Numbered from the stretch's first letter, positions 26,217 to 36,897 are shown. The stretch is DNA of 64,000 bases from Beijerinckiaceae bacterium (GCA_046295155.1 JBKBNT010000009.1:36851-100850); one strand, 5' to 3'. Translations and numbers: made by a program. Notes: generated by a model not told the origin, from the sequence alone.

Positions 26217-26412
26217 GTCTCTGCGTTCTCCGGCCTGCGGGAGAAACTTCCGTGACCGAAGGCTGGACGGCGCCGAACCGCGCGCCAACCGAGTTGTCGG
26301 CAATTGCATCCCGTGTAAGATGTTCTTCAAGCCGGGTTCACGGCAAGCGGGAGGAAAATGCGCGCTGCTCTGGCGCCTTCATCCAGTCCGCGCATTGCAA
26401 AGGGGGGCGAAC

Positions 26413-27432
26413 GTGCGCGCGTATTCTTTTCTCTTCGGCCTTGCTCTCGCCCTCTCTCCGGCCGTTGCAAGCGCGCAATCGTCTGTCGCCGATTTCTACA
26501 AGGGCCGGCAGGTGCGGATTATCGTGGGTTTCGCGGCCGGGGGAAATTCCGGACTTTATGGCGACGTGCTGGGGCGGCACATGGGCAAACACCTGCCGGG
26601 CGCGCCCACCTTCGTGCCGCAATACATGCCGGGGGGCGGCGGGCTTGTCGCAGCCAATCACATGGCCAACCGGGCGGCGAGGGACGGAAGCGAGATCGCC
26701 ATCACCAGCCGTACGGCGGCGTTCGAGCCGATCCTGGGGAACAAGCAGGCGCAATTCGATGGCCGCGCGTTCAATTGGCTTGGCAGCGCTAACGTCGAGA
26801 ACAGCGTCTGCATCGCAGACAACAGGCAATCCGTCCGCACGTTCGACGATGTTCGCAAGAGCGAACTCGTCGTCGGGGGATCCGGTTCCGACGCCATTGA
26901 CATGATCTTTCCTCGTCTCGCCAATCGCCTCCTCGGCGCGAAGTTCAAGATCGTCAGCGGATACAACACAAGCAATGACATCCTGCTGGCGATGGAGCGA
27001 GGCGAGGTGCATGGTTTCTGCGGCGTCGGCTGGTCGTTCCTGAAACTGCGCAAGGCCGAACTTCTGTCTCAAAACAAAGTAAGCGTCCTCTTCCAGATCG
27101 CTCTCGAAAAAGCTGGCGATCTGCCGGACGCGCCGCTCATCCAGGATCTCGCCAACGCGCAGGACCGGCAGGTGCTGGAGTTTCTTCTTGCGCCGCAGGG
27201 AATGGGACGACCCTTCTTCGCGCCGCCGGACGTGCCGAAAGAGCGCGTCGCCGCTCTGCGGCAAGCGTTTGCGGATACGATGCGCGATCCGGAGTTCCTG
27301 AAGGAGGCGGCAAAGACCGGTCTCGACATCCAGTTTGTCAGCGGCGACTCCGTCGACAAGATCTTGTCGAGGTCCTATGCGACGCCGCCTGAACTGGTGG
27401 CGCGCGCAAAGGACTTGCTGCACGGGAAATAA
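26413..27432 (+). CDS. TctC/Bug-family periplasmic solute-binding protein, copy 4
   Basis: ORF 26128..27432, trimmed to GTG 26413 (VRAYSFLFGLALALSPAVASAQ signal). Contains GFAAGGNSGLYGDVLGRHMGKHLPGAPTFVPQYMPGGGG. Confidence 0.82.
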   Translation: MRAYSFLFGLALALSPAVASAQSSVADFYKGRQVRIIVGFAAGGNSGLYGDVLGRHMGKHLPGAPTFVPQYMPGGGGLVAANHMANRAARDGSEIAITSRTAAFEPILGNKQAQFDGRAFNWLGSANVENSVCIADNRQSVRTFDDVRKSELVVGGSGSDAIDMIFPRLANRLLGAKFKIVSGYNTSNDILLAMERGEVHGFCGVGWSFLKLRKAELLSQNKVSVLFQIALEKAGDLPDAPLIQDLANAQDRQVLEFLLAPQGMGRPFFAPPDVPKERVAALRQAFADTMRDPEFLKEAAKTGLDIQFVSGDSVDKILSRSYATPPELVARAKDLLHGK

Positions 27433-27452
27433 CGCGCAGCCGGCTAGGCGTC

Positions 27453-28796
27453 TTATCCGCCCGTGATGAAATCGAAAATGAGTTTCGTGTTCAGGGCGAC
27501 GATGATGACGGCGATGACGCCGGCCGTCGCCGTCAGCCAGAAAGGCGAACGCAGGCTCCCCATCTTGCGCCCGGACGCGGTCAGCATGACGAGCGGAATG
27601 ATGGCGAACGGAAGTTGCAAGCTCAGGATAACCTGGCTGAAGATCAGGAGCTTCGCGGTTCCGCTTTCCCCATAGGCCAGAGTGACCGCGGCCGCTGGAA
27701 CGATCGCGGCAAGTCGCGTCACGAGGCGGCGGAGCCACGGAGGCAGGCGTATGTCAAGAAATCCCTCCATCACGATCTGCCCGGCCATCGTCGCCGTTAC
27801 AGTCGAATTCAGTCCGCAGCACAAGAGCGCGATGGCGAACAGGGTCGGCGCGAGCGCCGATCCGAGCAGCGGACTCAACAGGAGATGGGCTTTTTCGAGC
27901 TCCTCGACGTCTGTATGGCCGCCGCGATGGAAGGCGGCGGCCGCAAGGATCAGGATCGAGGCGTTGATCAGCAACGCGAACATCAGCGCGATGGTCGAAT
28001 CGGCCGTCGCGTATCTCACGGCCTCCCGCTTTTCCGTTTCGCTCACGCCATAGGCGCGCGTCTGCACGATGCCGGAGTGCAAATAAAGATTGTGCGGCAT
28101 GACCGTCGCGCCAATGATGCCAAGCGCGAGATAAAGCATTTCAGGTTTTGAGACGATGTCCGTCGTTGGCGCAAAGCCGCGAAGGACCGCCCCCCATTCC
28201 GGCTGCGCCATGACGATCTGCGCGAGAAAGCAGACGGCGATCACGCCCAGCAGCGTGATGATGAACGCTTCGATCCAGCGAAAGCCCTTGTTCTGCAGCC
28301 AGAGGATCAGGAAAACGTCAGCAGCTGTGATGACGACGCCGAGTTCGAGCGGGATGCCGAACAAGAGGTTGAGGCCGATCGCCGTGCCAATCACTTCCGC
28401 GAGGTCAGTGGCGCAGATGGCGATCTCCGCGAGAAACCACAGCGGGTAAGAAAGCGCCCTTGGGTATGCGTCGCGGCACGCCTGCGCCAGGTCGCGCCCT
28501 GTGGCGACGGCGAGGCGGGCGCACAGATGCTGGAGGATGATCGCCATGATGTTCGACAAAAGCGCCACGAACAGCAGCGCGTAGCCAAACTTCGCCCCGC
28601 CGGCGAGCGACGTCGCCCAGTTGCCGGGGTCCATGTAGCCCACCGCTACGAGATAGCCGGGGCCGAGGAACGCCGCGAACTTCCGCCAAACGGAGGCCTT
28701 TGACGACACCGCGATGCTTCTGTGAACGTCTGCCAGGGATGCGTCGCCGCGGTCGCGCCGCCAGTCCGCGAGTTTCGAGTTCGTTCCCATCGACAT
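27453..28796 (-). CDS. mntH: Nramp-family divalent metal (Mn2+) transporter MntH
   Basis: ORF 27453..28838, trimmed to ATG 28796. [30 protein letters not shown] is the Nramp signature. Confidence 0.9.
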   Translation of the reverse strand: MSMGTNSKLADWRRDRGDASLADVHRSIAVSSKASVWRKFAAFLGPGYLVAVGYMDPGNWATSLAGGAKFGYALLFVALLSNIMAIILQHLCARLAVATGRDLAQACRDAYPRALSYPLWFLAEIAICATDLAEVIGTAIGLNLLFGIPLELGVVITAADVFLILWLQNKGFRWIEAFIITLLGVIAVCFLAQIVMAQPEWGAVLRGFAPTTDIVSKPEMLYLALGIIGATVMPHNLYLHSGIVQTRAYGVSETEKREAVRYATADSTIALMFALLINASILILAAAAFHRGGHTDVEELEKAHLLLSPLLGSALAPTLFAIALLCCGLNSTVTATMAGQIVMEGFLDIRLPPWLRRLVTRLAAIVPAAAVTLAYGESGTAKLLIFSQVILSLQLPFAIIPLVMLTASGRKMGSLRSPFWLTATAGVIAVIIVALNTKLIFDFITGG

Positions 28797-28853
28797 TCGG
28801 CGGCGCCCGAGAATTGCCCAAGGTTCGAAAGAAAGCATAAGCAGTTAAATATA

Positions 28854-28871
28854 GCAAGAGCTATAAATTGC
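28854..28871. promoter_or_regulatory. Candidate Fur/Mur-type operator upstream of mntH
   Basis: On the mntH strand, GCAATTTATAGCTCTTGC (GCAA-N10-TTGC) lies in an AT-rich stretch that includes TATATT, about 60 nt upstream of the start. Mur control of mntH is established in Rhizobiales. Assigning it to this site is inference. Confidence 0.3.
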
Positions 28872-29102
28872 GGCAGCCAACTGGCGGCGATCGGCGCTCG
28901 CGGCCCTCGCGGATGGAAGCGACGCCGGACAGGGCCGCGGCTGCGCAATCGCGCATGCATCGCTCTTATGGAAGAGTGTTCACCCTGAACCCCGCATCGG
29001 CCACATGAGTTCACGTCAGGCTGCGTGGGGAAACAAAGTCGCCGCCGGTCTCCGGCGAACACGCGCGGCGTCGCGGCCGGTTTCGCAATTGTCTGATTTT
29101 GA

Positions 29103-29177
29103 TGGTGGGCGATACAGGGATTGAACCTGTGACCCCTCCCGTGTGAAGGGAGTGCTCTCCCGCTGAGCTAATCGCCC
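29103..29177 (-). tRNA. tRNA-Val (anticodon CAC)
   Basis: The reverse strand folds as a cloverleaf: acceptor GGGCGAT/ATCGCCC, D arm GCTC-AGCGGGA-GAGC, anticodon arm CTCCC-TTCACAC-GGGAG, T arm ACAGG-TTCAATC-CCTGT, and an encoded CCA. Total 75 nt. Confidence 0.95.
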
Positions 29178-29290
29178 GGGAGACGGCCCGGCGCAGGCCG
29201 CGCCGGTTCGTCAGTGGCGCGTATATCGTCCGGGTGGGGGCGCCAAGTCAAGTACATCGCCCCCGCGTTCCCGCTTGAAGCTGGCGCGCG

Positions 29291-30001
29291 TCAGGCGGGC
29301 GTGGCGACAGGGTTCATGATCCTGGCGACCGCGCCCCACAGGTCGTCGAAGTGCGAAATCACCACGTCTGGATCGAACGCGCTGACATGGACGTCCGTGT
29401 AGCCGAAATCGACGGCCACGACCGGCACGCCGGCGTTCTTCGCTGTGAGGATATCTGTTTTCGAATCGCCCACCATGACGGTTGTCGTCTTGTCGCCGCC
29501 AGCGCGCGCGATCGTCATGAGGAGGGCGCGGGCGTCAGGTTTTGACACAGGCTTGCCGTTGTCGATGTGGGTGTCCTGGCCGCAGATCGCGACGAACATG
29601 TCCGCGACGCCCAGGGCCTCAAGAAGCTTCACGGAGGCGGATTCGATCTTGTTTGTGCAGACCGCGAGTTTCCAGCCGGCTTCCGCAAACCGTTCGAGCG
29701 ACGCCCGAAGACCGTCAAAGAGGCGCGACTCTTCCGCAATGCGGCCTTCGTAGATCGCAAGGAACTTGTGGAAGAGCGCCTCCAGCTTGGCGGCGTCGAG
29801 GGGGGCGCCGCTGGCGGCGAAACCGCGTTCGATCAGGGCGCGCGCGCCTGCGCCCACCATGGCGCGCCCTTCTTCGAGGCTAATGGGCGGCAGCCCTTCG
29901 TCGGCCAGCACGATGTTGAGCGTCCCGACGAGATCGCCAGCGGTGTCGGCGATCGTTCCGTCCAGGTCGAGAACCAGCAGGGGGGCGAATTGCGTGCTCA
30001 T
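29291..30001 (-). CDS. gph: HAD-superfamily phosphoglycolate phosphatase
   Basis: ORF 29291..30076, trimmed to ATG 30001 (MSTQFAPLLVLDLDGTIADTAGDLV; DxDGT motif). Also contains VMVGDSKTDILTAKNAG. Confidence 0.8.
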   Translation of the reverse strand: MSTQFAPLLVLDLDGTIADTAGDLVGTLNIVLADEGLPPISLEEGRAMVGAGARALIERGFAASGAPLDAAKLEALFHKFLAIYEGRIAEESRLFDGLRASLERFAEAGWKLAVCTNKIESASVKLLEALGVADMFVAICGQDTHIDNGKPVSKPDARALLMTIARAGGDKTTTVMVGDSKTDILTAKNAGVPVVAVDFGYTDVHVSAFDPDVVISHFDDLWGAVARIMNPVATPA

Positions 30002-30249
30002 AGGGGCCTCTGAAGCGCGCACGGCCTTCGCCGTACGAATTGTGGCGCGATGCCGGTCCCGTGTTTGAAGCAGCACGCGCGGAATTGCAAAGGCGCTTTG
30101 GCGTTGGCAGACGCATTTCGCCGGATGCGTATCACAGGCGCCGCACCCGGCGTCCGATGGATGGATTTTCGCGGCGGCCTCCGTTCCGCCACGCGATCCG
30201 ATATGCTGTGCGTCACCGATTCGCGTCGCGCCCAGGACGGAGTGCGCAG

Positions 30250-30636
30250 ATGGCCTGTCTTTCCATGCTCTTGACGCGCGGCGCGCGTATCGCGCTGCTT
30301 GGCGCCTGCGGCAGCCTGGTCTCCGCCGCGGCCAGCGCGGACAGCTTTGAATTCCTCGCGGCGCCAGAAATCGAGCTGAACATCATCTACCGCGTAGACA
30401 AGGCGACCGGCGAGGTCGGCGCCTGCCAGTACGGCGACAAGGAAGGCACGATCGGGGTGACGCTGTGCTATCCCGCGGGGCAGGGCGCGAAGGCTCAGAC
30501 CCCGTCCCGCTATGGTCTTGTCGCCTCAAGACACGAGCGTGAGGCCGGCGTCTTCCGCGTCGATTACCGGACCGGCGCGATGTCGATCTGCTATGTTTTG
30601 AAACAGGAAGTCGTTTGCACGCCCCCCGCCCGGTAG
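30250..30636 (+). CDS. Secreted hypothetical protein (128 aa, 4 Cys)
   Basis: ORF 30040..30636, trimmed to ATG 30250 ([30 protein letters not shown] signal-like). No family recognised. Confidence 0.5.
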   Translation: MACLSMLLTRGARIALLGACGSLVSAAASADSFEFLAAPEIELNIIYRVDKATGEVGACQYGDKEGTIGVTLCYPAGQGAKAQTPSRYGLVASRHEREAGVFRVDYRTGAMSICYVLKQEVVCTPPAR

Positions 30637-30715
30637 GCGCGCCGGCATTGCCTTTCGGGGCGGGGTCGGCTATCCGGCCATGGCACCGAGTGAGCGCCCC
30701 CCGAGCGAGGCCGAA

Positions 30716-31435
30716 ATGTCCCCCGACGATCTCAAGCGTCAGGCCGCCGCCAAGGCGGTTGAATTCGTCCGGCCGGGGATGCGGTTGGGGCTCGGCACGG
30801 GCTCGACCGCAAAGCATTTCGTAGATCTCTTGGCCGAGCGGGTGCGCGGGGGCCTGAACGTGGTCGGCGTGCCGACCTCGGAGGCGACCAGAGCGCAGGC
30901 CGAACGCCTTGGCGTGCCGCTGACGACGCTCGATGAAACGCCGGAGCTCGATCTGACCGTCGATGGCGCTGACGAGTTCGACCCCCAACTTCGCCTGATC
31001 AAGGGCGGGGGCGGCGCGCTGCTGCGCGAGAAGATCGTCGCATCCGCCTCGGCGCGGATGTTCGTCATCACGGATTCCTCGAAGAGGGTCGAGCGGCTAG
31101 GACGCTTCCCGCTGCCCGTCGAGATCGCGCCCTTCGGGGCGGAGGCGACGCGCAGGGCGATCGCCTCGGCGCTGCGCTCCACCGGTTGCACGGGCGATAT
31201 GGTCCTGCGGCGCGGGGCGAACGGGGCGCCGTTCGTCACGGACGGCGGCCACTATATTTTCGATTGCGGTCTTGGCGCCATACCCGACGCCGAGGCCCTC
31301 GCGGCCGCGCTCGCGCGCGTGCCGGGGGTGATGGAACACGGATTGTTCCTTGGGCTTGCCGACGCCATCATCGTCGCAGGCGACAGCGGCGTCGAGGTGA
31401 TCGGCTCACCCGAGTGCCGGACGAAAGCATACTGA
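30716..31435 (+). CDS. rpiA: Ribose-5-phosphate isomerase A
   Basis: ORF 30680..31435. Contains [26 protein letters not shown] and [14 protein letters not shown]. Start 30716 is preferred because GAGG lies upstream; 30680 is possible. Confidence 0.9.
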   Translation: MSPDDLKRQAAAKAVEFVRPGMRLGLGTGSTAKHFVDLLAERVRGGLNVVGVPTSEATRAQAERLGVPLTTLDETPELDLTVDGADEFDPQLRLIKGGGGALLREKIVASASARMFVITDSSKRVERLGRFPLPVEIAPFGAEATRRAIASALRSTGCTGDMVLRRGANGAPFVTDGGHYIFDCGLGAIPDAEALAAALARVPGVMEHGLFLGLADAIIVAGDSGVEVIGSPECRTKAY

Positions 31436-31462
31436 TCAGCCGGACATCGAGGGAGACGGCAA

Positions 31463-32014
31463 GTGAAGTTCAATGGCCATTTGCTTGGCGCCGCTTCGGC
31501 CGCGGCGATCTTGTTCGGCGCTATGGCGCCGGCCTCCGCCCAGCAGCCCGGCGGCGCGCAACAACCTGCTCAGGCGCCCGCACAGGCGCAACAGATCTCG
31601 CAGGACCATCTTGCCGCCGCGCGCGAGGTTGTCACGCTTTCCGGAATTTCGGCGACCTACGACCTTTTCTATCCGCAACTCGCCGAGAGTCTCGTGAACA
31701 CGCTGTCGCGGACCCGGCCGGAGCTTCGTAACGACCTTATCGCGGTCGTTAGGGCCCTGAAGCCGGAGTTCGACGCGCGGGACGCGGAGATGATCAACAC
31801 GACGGCGCTTTATTTCGCGGCGGTGATGAGCGAGCAGGCGCTGAAGGACACGGCGACGTTCTTCAAGTCCGAGGCCGGCAAACAGTATGTGCGGATGCAG
31901 CCGCAGGTGATCGACCAGATGATGGCGGCGCTTGACGTGTGGAACCGGCGCATGTCCGAAGACCTGATGACCCGCGTGCGCGAAGAAATGCGCAAGAAGG
32001 GCCACAGTCTCTAA
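31463..32014 (+). CDS. Periplasmic DUF2059-like protein
   Basis: ORF 31463..32014 with a signal peptide, a Q/A-rich linker and a helical body (FFKSEAGKQYVRMQPQVIDQMM). The family call is from memory. Confidence 0.55.
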   Translation: MKFNGHLLGAASAAAILFGAMAPASAQQPGGAQQPAQAPAQAQQISQDHLAAAREVVTLSGISATYDLFYPQLAESLVNTLSRTRPELRNDLIAVVRALKPEFDARDAEMINTTALYFAAVMSEQALKDTATFFKSEAGKQYVRMQPQVIDQMMAALDVWNRRMSEDLMTRVREEMRKKGHSL

Positions 32015-32033
32015 TTCTCGATCAGGGCGGCGC

Positions 32034-33410
32034 ATGGCGGATTTCGACGTCGATTTCTTCGTTATCGGAGCGGGCTCGGGCGGGGTGCGCTCGGCGCGCA
32101 TTGCGGCGGGCTATGGCGCGCGCGTGATGATAGCCGAAGAATTTCGCATCGGCGGCACCTGCGTCATTCGCGGCTGCGTGCCGAAGAAGCTCTACGTCTA
32201 TGCGAGCCGCTTTGCCGATGATTTCGAGGACGCCGCCGGTTTCGGCTGGAGCCTTCCGCAGGCGCCGCAATTCGACTGGCGCGCGCTCGTCGCCGCAAAG
32301 GAGAGGGAGATCACCCGGCTTTCCGGCCTGTATCGCAAAGGGCTCGAAGGCGCGAAGGTCGAGATCGTCGAGAGCCGCGCGGTCGTCGAAGGACCACACG
32401 AGGTGCGCATCGTCAACGACGGGCGCGTCGTGCGCGCGAAATACATTCTCGTCGCCACCGGCGGCGAGCCGACGCGCGTTCCCGACGTGCCGGGTGTTGA
32501 GCACGCGATCACATCCAATGAGATTTTCGATCTGCCGGCGTTTCCCAAACGGCTGTTCGTTGTGGGCGGCGGCTACGTGGCGCTCGAGTTCGCGAGCGTG
32601 TTCGCGCGTCTCGGCGCCGATGTTTCCGTCGCCATGCGCGCCGACAACATCCTGCGCGGCTTCGACGAAGACATCCGTGTGGCGCTGCGCGACGCGCTCG
32701 CGCACGCAGGCGTGAAATTCCGTTTCGGCGTGCTGCCCACGTCGTTCGAGAAGACGGCGGGCGGACTGCGCGTGCGTCTTTCCAACGGCGAATCGCTGGA
32801 GGCGGATCAGGCGCTCGTCGCCACCGGCCGTCACCCGCACACGCGCGGTCTGGGGCTCGAGAAGGCAGGCGTGGCGCTGCGCGACAACGGCGCGGTGATG
32901 GTGGATGCTTTGTCGCGCACAAGCGCGCCATCCGTCTTCGCGGTCGGCGACGTCACCGACATGCACAACCTGACGCCCGTCGCCATCCGCGAGGGCCACA
33001 CGCTGGCCGACCGGCTGTTCGGCGGCAAGGACATCGTTTGTGAGGCGGACAAGATCCCGACCGCCGTGTTCACGACGCCCGAAGTGGGCGTCGTCGGATT
33101 GACCGAACAGGCCGCGCGCGAGCGCCACGAAGTGGTCGACATCTATCGCGCCTCCTTCCGCCCCATGCGGGCGACCCTTTCGGGACGGGAAGAGAAGGTC
33201 CTCATGAAGGTCGTCGTGGACGGACGGACTGACAAGGTTCTCGGCGTCCACATCATGGGCCACGATGCAGGCGAGATGATCCAGCTTGTCGGGGTCGCCA
33301 TGAAGATGGGCGCGACCAAGGCCGACCTCGACGCCACGATGGCCGTCCACCCGACGGCGGCCGAGGAACTGGTGACGATGCGGACGCGGACCGCCCGCTT
33401 CGAGAGGTGA
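32034..33410 (+). CDS. gor: Glutathione-disulfide reductase
   Basis: ORF 32034..33410. DFFVIGAGSGGVRSARIAA...GGTCVIRGCVPKKL is the redox-active CxxxxC disulfide motif. Confidence 0.9.
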   Translation: MADFDVDFFVIGAGSGGVRSARIAAGYGARVMIAEEFRIGGTCVIRGCVPKKLYVYASRFADDFEDAAGFGWSLPQAPQFDWRALVAAKEREITRLSGLYRKGLEGAKVEIVESRAVVEGPHEVRIVNDGRVVRAKYILVATGGEPTRVPDVPGVEHAITSNEIFDLPAFPKRLFVVGGGYVALEFASVFARLGADVSVAMRADNILRGFDEDIRVALRDALAHAGVKFRFGVLPTSFEKTAGGLRVRLSNGESLEADQALVATGRHPHTRGLGLEKAGVALRDNGAVMVDALSRTSAPSVFAVGDVTDMHNLTPVAIREGHTLADRLFGGKDIVCEADKIPTAVFTTPEVGVVGLTEQAARERHEVVDIYRASFRPMRATLSGREEKVLMKVVVDGRTDKVLGVHIMGHDAGEMIQLVGVAMKMGATKADLDATMAVHPTAAEELVTMRTRTARFER

Positions 33411-33548
33411 GGGCGTCCGGCCTTTGATCTGCCTCATCTCGCATTTGCGAGATAATCTGTGTATAAGCCCGGTCTTTCAGGGCCGTCGCCGGAAGGCGCG
33501 GCCTGTTCGTGCTGGAGTGCGGGCCGCGGCGGCCCCGGAGTGACGAAA

Positions 33549-34931
33549 ATGGCGGCAGATCGCTGGACCCCTGATAGCTGGAGAGCAATGCCAATCCAGC
33601 AGGTTCCGACCTATCCCGACGCGGCGGCGCTGACCGACGTGGAAAAGACGCTCGCCGGTTTCCCGCCGCTCGTTTTCGCGGGCGAGGCGCGCAAGCTCAA
33701 GAAGGCGCTGGGCGAAGTGGCGAAGGGCCAGTCCTTCCTGCTCCAGGGCGGCGACTGTGCCGAGAGCTTCGCGGAACATTCCGCCGACAACATACGCGAC
33801 TTCTTCCGCGTCTTCCTGCAAATGGCCGTCGTGCTCACGTTTGCGGGCTCGTCCCCGGTCGTGAAGGTCGGCCGCATCGCCGGCCAGTTCGCCAAGCCCC
33901 GTTCGGCGCCGACCGAGAAGCGCGGCGACGTCGAGTTGCCGAGCTACAAGGGCGACATCATCAACGACCTCGATTTCACGGCCGACGGACGCACGCCCGA
34001 TCCGCGCCGCCTGCTCGAAGGCTACCGCCAGTCGGCGGCGACGCTGAACCTGCTGCGCGCGTTCGCGACGGGCGGTTACGCGAACCTCGAAAACGCACAC
34101 CGCTGGATGCTCGGCTTCGTGCAGGATTCGCCACAGTCGCATCGCTATCGCGAGCTCGCCGACCGCATCACCGAGACGCTCGCCTTCATGCGCGCGATCG
34201 GACTCGACGCCGAGAAGCATCAGGAACTGCGCGCGACTGATTTCTACACCTCGCATGAGGCGCTTCTGCTCGGCTTCGAGCAGGCGCTGACGCGCGTCGA
34301 CTCCACGACGGGCGACTATTACGCCACGTCCGGCCACATGCTGTGGATCGGCGACCGCACACGCCAGCACGACCATGCGCATGTCGAATACTGCCGCGGC
34401 GTGAAGAACCCGATCGGCCTCAAGTGCGGCCCGTCCCTCAAGAGCGACGATCTGCTGCGCCTCATCGACCTGCTCAATCCGGAAGACGAGGCCGGCCGCC
34501 TCACGCTCATCTGCCGCTTCGGGGCCGAGCGCGTCGTCGATCATCTGCCCGCGCTCATTCGCGCCGTGAAGCGCGAAGGCCGCACCGTGGTGTGGTCTTG
34601 CGATCCGATGCACGGCAACACGATCTCCGCGGGCGGCTACAAGACGCGTCCCTTCGAGCGCGTCATGAGCGAAATCCGCACGTTCTTTGCGGTCCACCAG
34701 GCTGAAGGCACATACGCCGGCGGCGTGCATCTTGAAATGACGGGCAAGAACGTCACCGAATGCACGGGCGGCGCGCGCGCCATCAGCGAGGGCGATCTCA
34801 GCGACCGCTACCACACGTTCTGCGATCCGCGCCTCAACGCGGAGCAGTCGATCGAGGTCGCGTTCCTGATCGCGGAACTCATCAAGGCCGAGCGCGCAAG
34901 CCAGGCGCCGCAGGTGCACGCCGCCGAGTAG
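33549..34931 (+). CDS. Class II (plant-type) 3-deoxy-7-phosphoheptulonate (DAHP) synthase
   Basis: ORF 33459..34931, trimmed to ATG 33549. Contains [19 protein letters not shown]...[12 protein letters not shown] and [10 protein letters not shown]. Confidence 0.9.
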   Translation: MAADRWTPDSWRAMPIQQVPTYPDAAALTDVEKTLAGFPPLVFAGEARKLKKALGEVAKGQSFLLQGGDCAESFAEHSADNIRDFFRVFLQMAVVLTFAGSSPVVKVGRIAGQFAKPRSAPTEKRGDVELPSYKGDIINDLDFTADGRTPDPRRLLEGYRQSAATLNLLRAFATGGYANLENAHRWMLGFVQDSPQSHRYRELADRITETLAFMRAIGLDAEKHQELRATDFYTSHEALLLGFEQALTRVDSTTGDYYATSGHMLWIGDRTRQHDHAHVEYCRGVKNPIGLKCGPSLKSDDLLRLIDLLNPEDEAGRLTLICRFGAERVVDHLPALIRAVKREGRTVVWSCDPMHGNTISAGGYKTRPFERVMSEIRTFFAVHQAEGTYAGGVHLEMTGKNVTECTGGARAISEGDLSDRYHTFCDPRLNAEQSIEVAFLIAELIKAERASQAPQVHAAE

Positions 34932-34962
34932 CTCGGCGAGTCGAGGGGGAGGGGCTGAGCGC

Positions 34963-35316
34963 ATGCACGCGTGGATCACCGCGTTCCGCAATTCGTGCGC
35001 GGGATTGTCGTTCGCCGTGCGCACGGAGCGAGCCGTGCGTCAGGAAGCGATCGCGCTAGTTATCGCGGTTCCCGCGGCGCTCCTCATCGGCGTCACGATA
35101 TGGACGACGATCGCCATGATAGGCGCGATTCTCTTGCTTATCGCGGTCGAGCTTCTCAATACCTGCGTCGAGAAGCTTTGCGATCACGTGACGCCGGAAG
35201 TTCACCCGCAGATCAAGGTCGTCAAGGACATGGGCTCGGCGGCGGTGCTCGCCGCGCTGCTGCTCACTGCCATCGTCTGGCTCGCGGCCATCGCGGAACG
35301 GTTTGCGCTGGTCTGA
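34963..35316 (+). CDS. dgkA: Diacylglycerol kinase
   Basis: ORF 34963..35316, 117 aa, three TM segments. Contains FRNSCAGLSFAVRTERAVRQE and AVELLNTCVEKLCD. Confidence 0.85.
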   Translation: MHAWITAFRNSCAGLSFAVRTERAVRQEAIALVIAVPAALLIGVTIWTTIAMIGAILLLIAVELLNTCVEKLCDHVTPEVHPQIKVVKDMGSAAVLAALLLTAIVWLAAIAERFALV

Positions 35317-35415
35317 TCCCGGCGCCGCAAGGCGCCGATTGCACGCGCGCAATTGGCGTTGTGGGCGCCCGTCGCTATCTTGGAAACGAACGTCATTCCC
35401 GAAAGCGGCGCTCCC

Positions 35416-36204
35416 ATGTCCGAACGCATGCCCTCCCTCTTCGTCTCTCACGGCTCGCCGATGACGGCGATCCAGCCGAGCCCTGCTCGCGACTTTTTCC
35501 TGAACGCGGCGAAGGATCTGCCGCGTCCCCAGGCGATCCTCGTCGCCACCGCGCATTTCGAAAGCGAGGCGCCGCTCCTGTCCGCGGATGCGAAACCTGA
35601 GATGATCTACGACTTCGGCGGCTTCCCGAAACCGCTTTTCGAGATCGTCTATCCTGCGCGGGGCGCGCCCGATCTCGCCATGCGCGCGACCCGGCTTCTG
35701 CGCGATACGGGCTACAAGGCGCACGCAGTCGTCAATCGCGGCTTCGACCACGGCTCCTGGGTGCCGCTTCATCTCATGTATCCGGATGCGGACATTCCCG
35801 TCGTGCAGCTGTCCGTGCAGCCTGAACTCGGTTCCGCCCATCATGTTGCGCTGGGGCAGGCGCTTGCGCCGCTGCGCGAGGAAGGCGTGATGATCGTCGG
35901 CTCCGGCAGCTTGACGCATAACCTTTGGGAGCTTTCGCGTTCCGGCCGCGACATGAACGCCCCGGTTCGCGACTGGGTGCGCGACTTCACCGAATGGGTC
36001 GCGGAAAAGGTGGAAAGCGGCAGCGTCGAGGACATCGCGGACTATCGCAAGCGCGCTCCTTTCGCGCGCGAGAACCACCCGCGCGACGAGCATTTCCTGC
36101 CGCTGCCGTTCGCGATGGGCGCGGGCGGCGGCGCGAAGGGCAGGCGCATTCATGCGAGCTACGATTACGGACTGCTCGCCATGGATGCGTATCTTTTCCA
36201 ATGA
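35416..36204 (+). CDS. ygiD: Class III extradiol dioxygenase (4,5-DOPA dioxygenase / YgiD-like)
   Basis: ORF 35353..36204, trimmed to ATG 35416 (MSERMPSLFVSHGSPM). Also contains DHGSWVPL and GSGSLTHNL. Confidence 0.8.
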   Translation: MSERMPSLFVSHGSPMTAIQPSPARDFFLNAAKDLPRPQAILVATAHFESEAPLLSADAKPEMIYDFGGFPKPLFEIVYPARGAPDLAMRATRLLRDTGYKAHAVVNRGFDHGSWVPLHLMYPDADIPVVQLSVQPELGSAHHVALGQALAPLREEGVMIVGSGSLTHNLWELSRSGRDMNAPVRDWVRDFTEWVAEKVESGSVEDIADYRKRAPFARENHPRDEHFLPLPFAMGAGGGAKGRRIHASYDYGLLAMDAYLFQ

Positions 36205-36815
36205 GCGCATCGCCCCGCATCGCCGTGTTCGACATCGGCAATGTTCTGGTGCGCTGGGACATGCGCTTCCTGTTCGAGAAGGTGATCCCGGACAGGCGGG
36301 AACTCGACGCCTTTCTCGGCAATGTCTGCACGATGGAGTGGCACGGCGCGCTGGACGCCGGCGCCACGTTCGCTAGCGCAATTGCGCAACTCTCCGCGCG
36401 CTTCCCGGAATACGCCGATTTCATCGCACTCTATGATCCGCGCTGGCAGGAGACGATTTCCGGGCCCATCGCCGAAAGCGTGCAGGTTCTCGAGGATCTT
36501 CGCGCGGCGGGAGTCCCGACTTACGCGATCACGAATTTTCCGGCCGAGAAGTTCGACGAGACCTGCGCGCTCTATCCGTATCTCGCCGGTTTTCGCGGCG
36601 TCATCGTCTCCGGGCGCGAGCGCATCACGAAACCCGATCCGGCGATCTTCCACCTGCTGCTTGAACGCTATCGCCTCAGCGCGGCGGATTGCGTCTTCAT
36701 AGACGACAATCCGGCCAACGTGGCGGCGGCCCAATCGGTTGGCTTCACGGCGCTGCTCTTCACCATGCCGGCGGCGCTGCGCGCCGAGCTGCGGGCGCTA
36801 GGCCTGCCGGTCTAG
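36201..36815 (+). CDS. HAD-superfamily hydrolase
   Basis: ORF 35925..36815, trimmed to ATG 36201, which overlaps the upstream stop as ATGA. Contains IAVFDIGNVLV, ITNFPAEKF and FIDDNPANVAAA. Confidence 0.75.
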   Translation: MSASPRIAVFDIGNVLVRWDMRFLFEKVIPDRRELDAFLGNVCTMEWHGALDAGATFASAIAQLSARFPEYADFIALYDPRWQETISGPIAESVQVLEDLRAAGVPTYAITNFPAEKFDETCALYPYLAGFRGVIVSGRERITKPDPAIFHLLLERYRLSAADCVFIDDNPANVAAAQSVGFTALLFTMPAALRAELRALGLPV

Positions 36816-36897
36816 GCTCGGGACGGGGCCCGTTCGCGGGCGTTGGCGGCGCAGGCCAGGCATTGCCGGGGCGCGGGGGGCGGGCTAAATCCGGTGC

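Noticed and set aside
29103-29177. tRNA-Val as the attachment site of a genomic island covering the Sox/TctC/mntH block
   Set aside because: No integrase or recombinase ORF is adjacent. Reading the window, I found no direct repeat of the tRNA 3' end. The island idea rests only on the ABC relic at 10.5 kb.
32022-35024. Long minus-strand ORFs of 471 aa (32022..33437) and 515 aa (33477..35024)
   Set aside because: They are antisense to gor and to the class II DAHP synthase respectively, both of which have diagnostic motifs. The antisense products are low-complexity.
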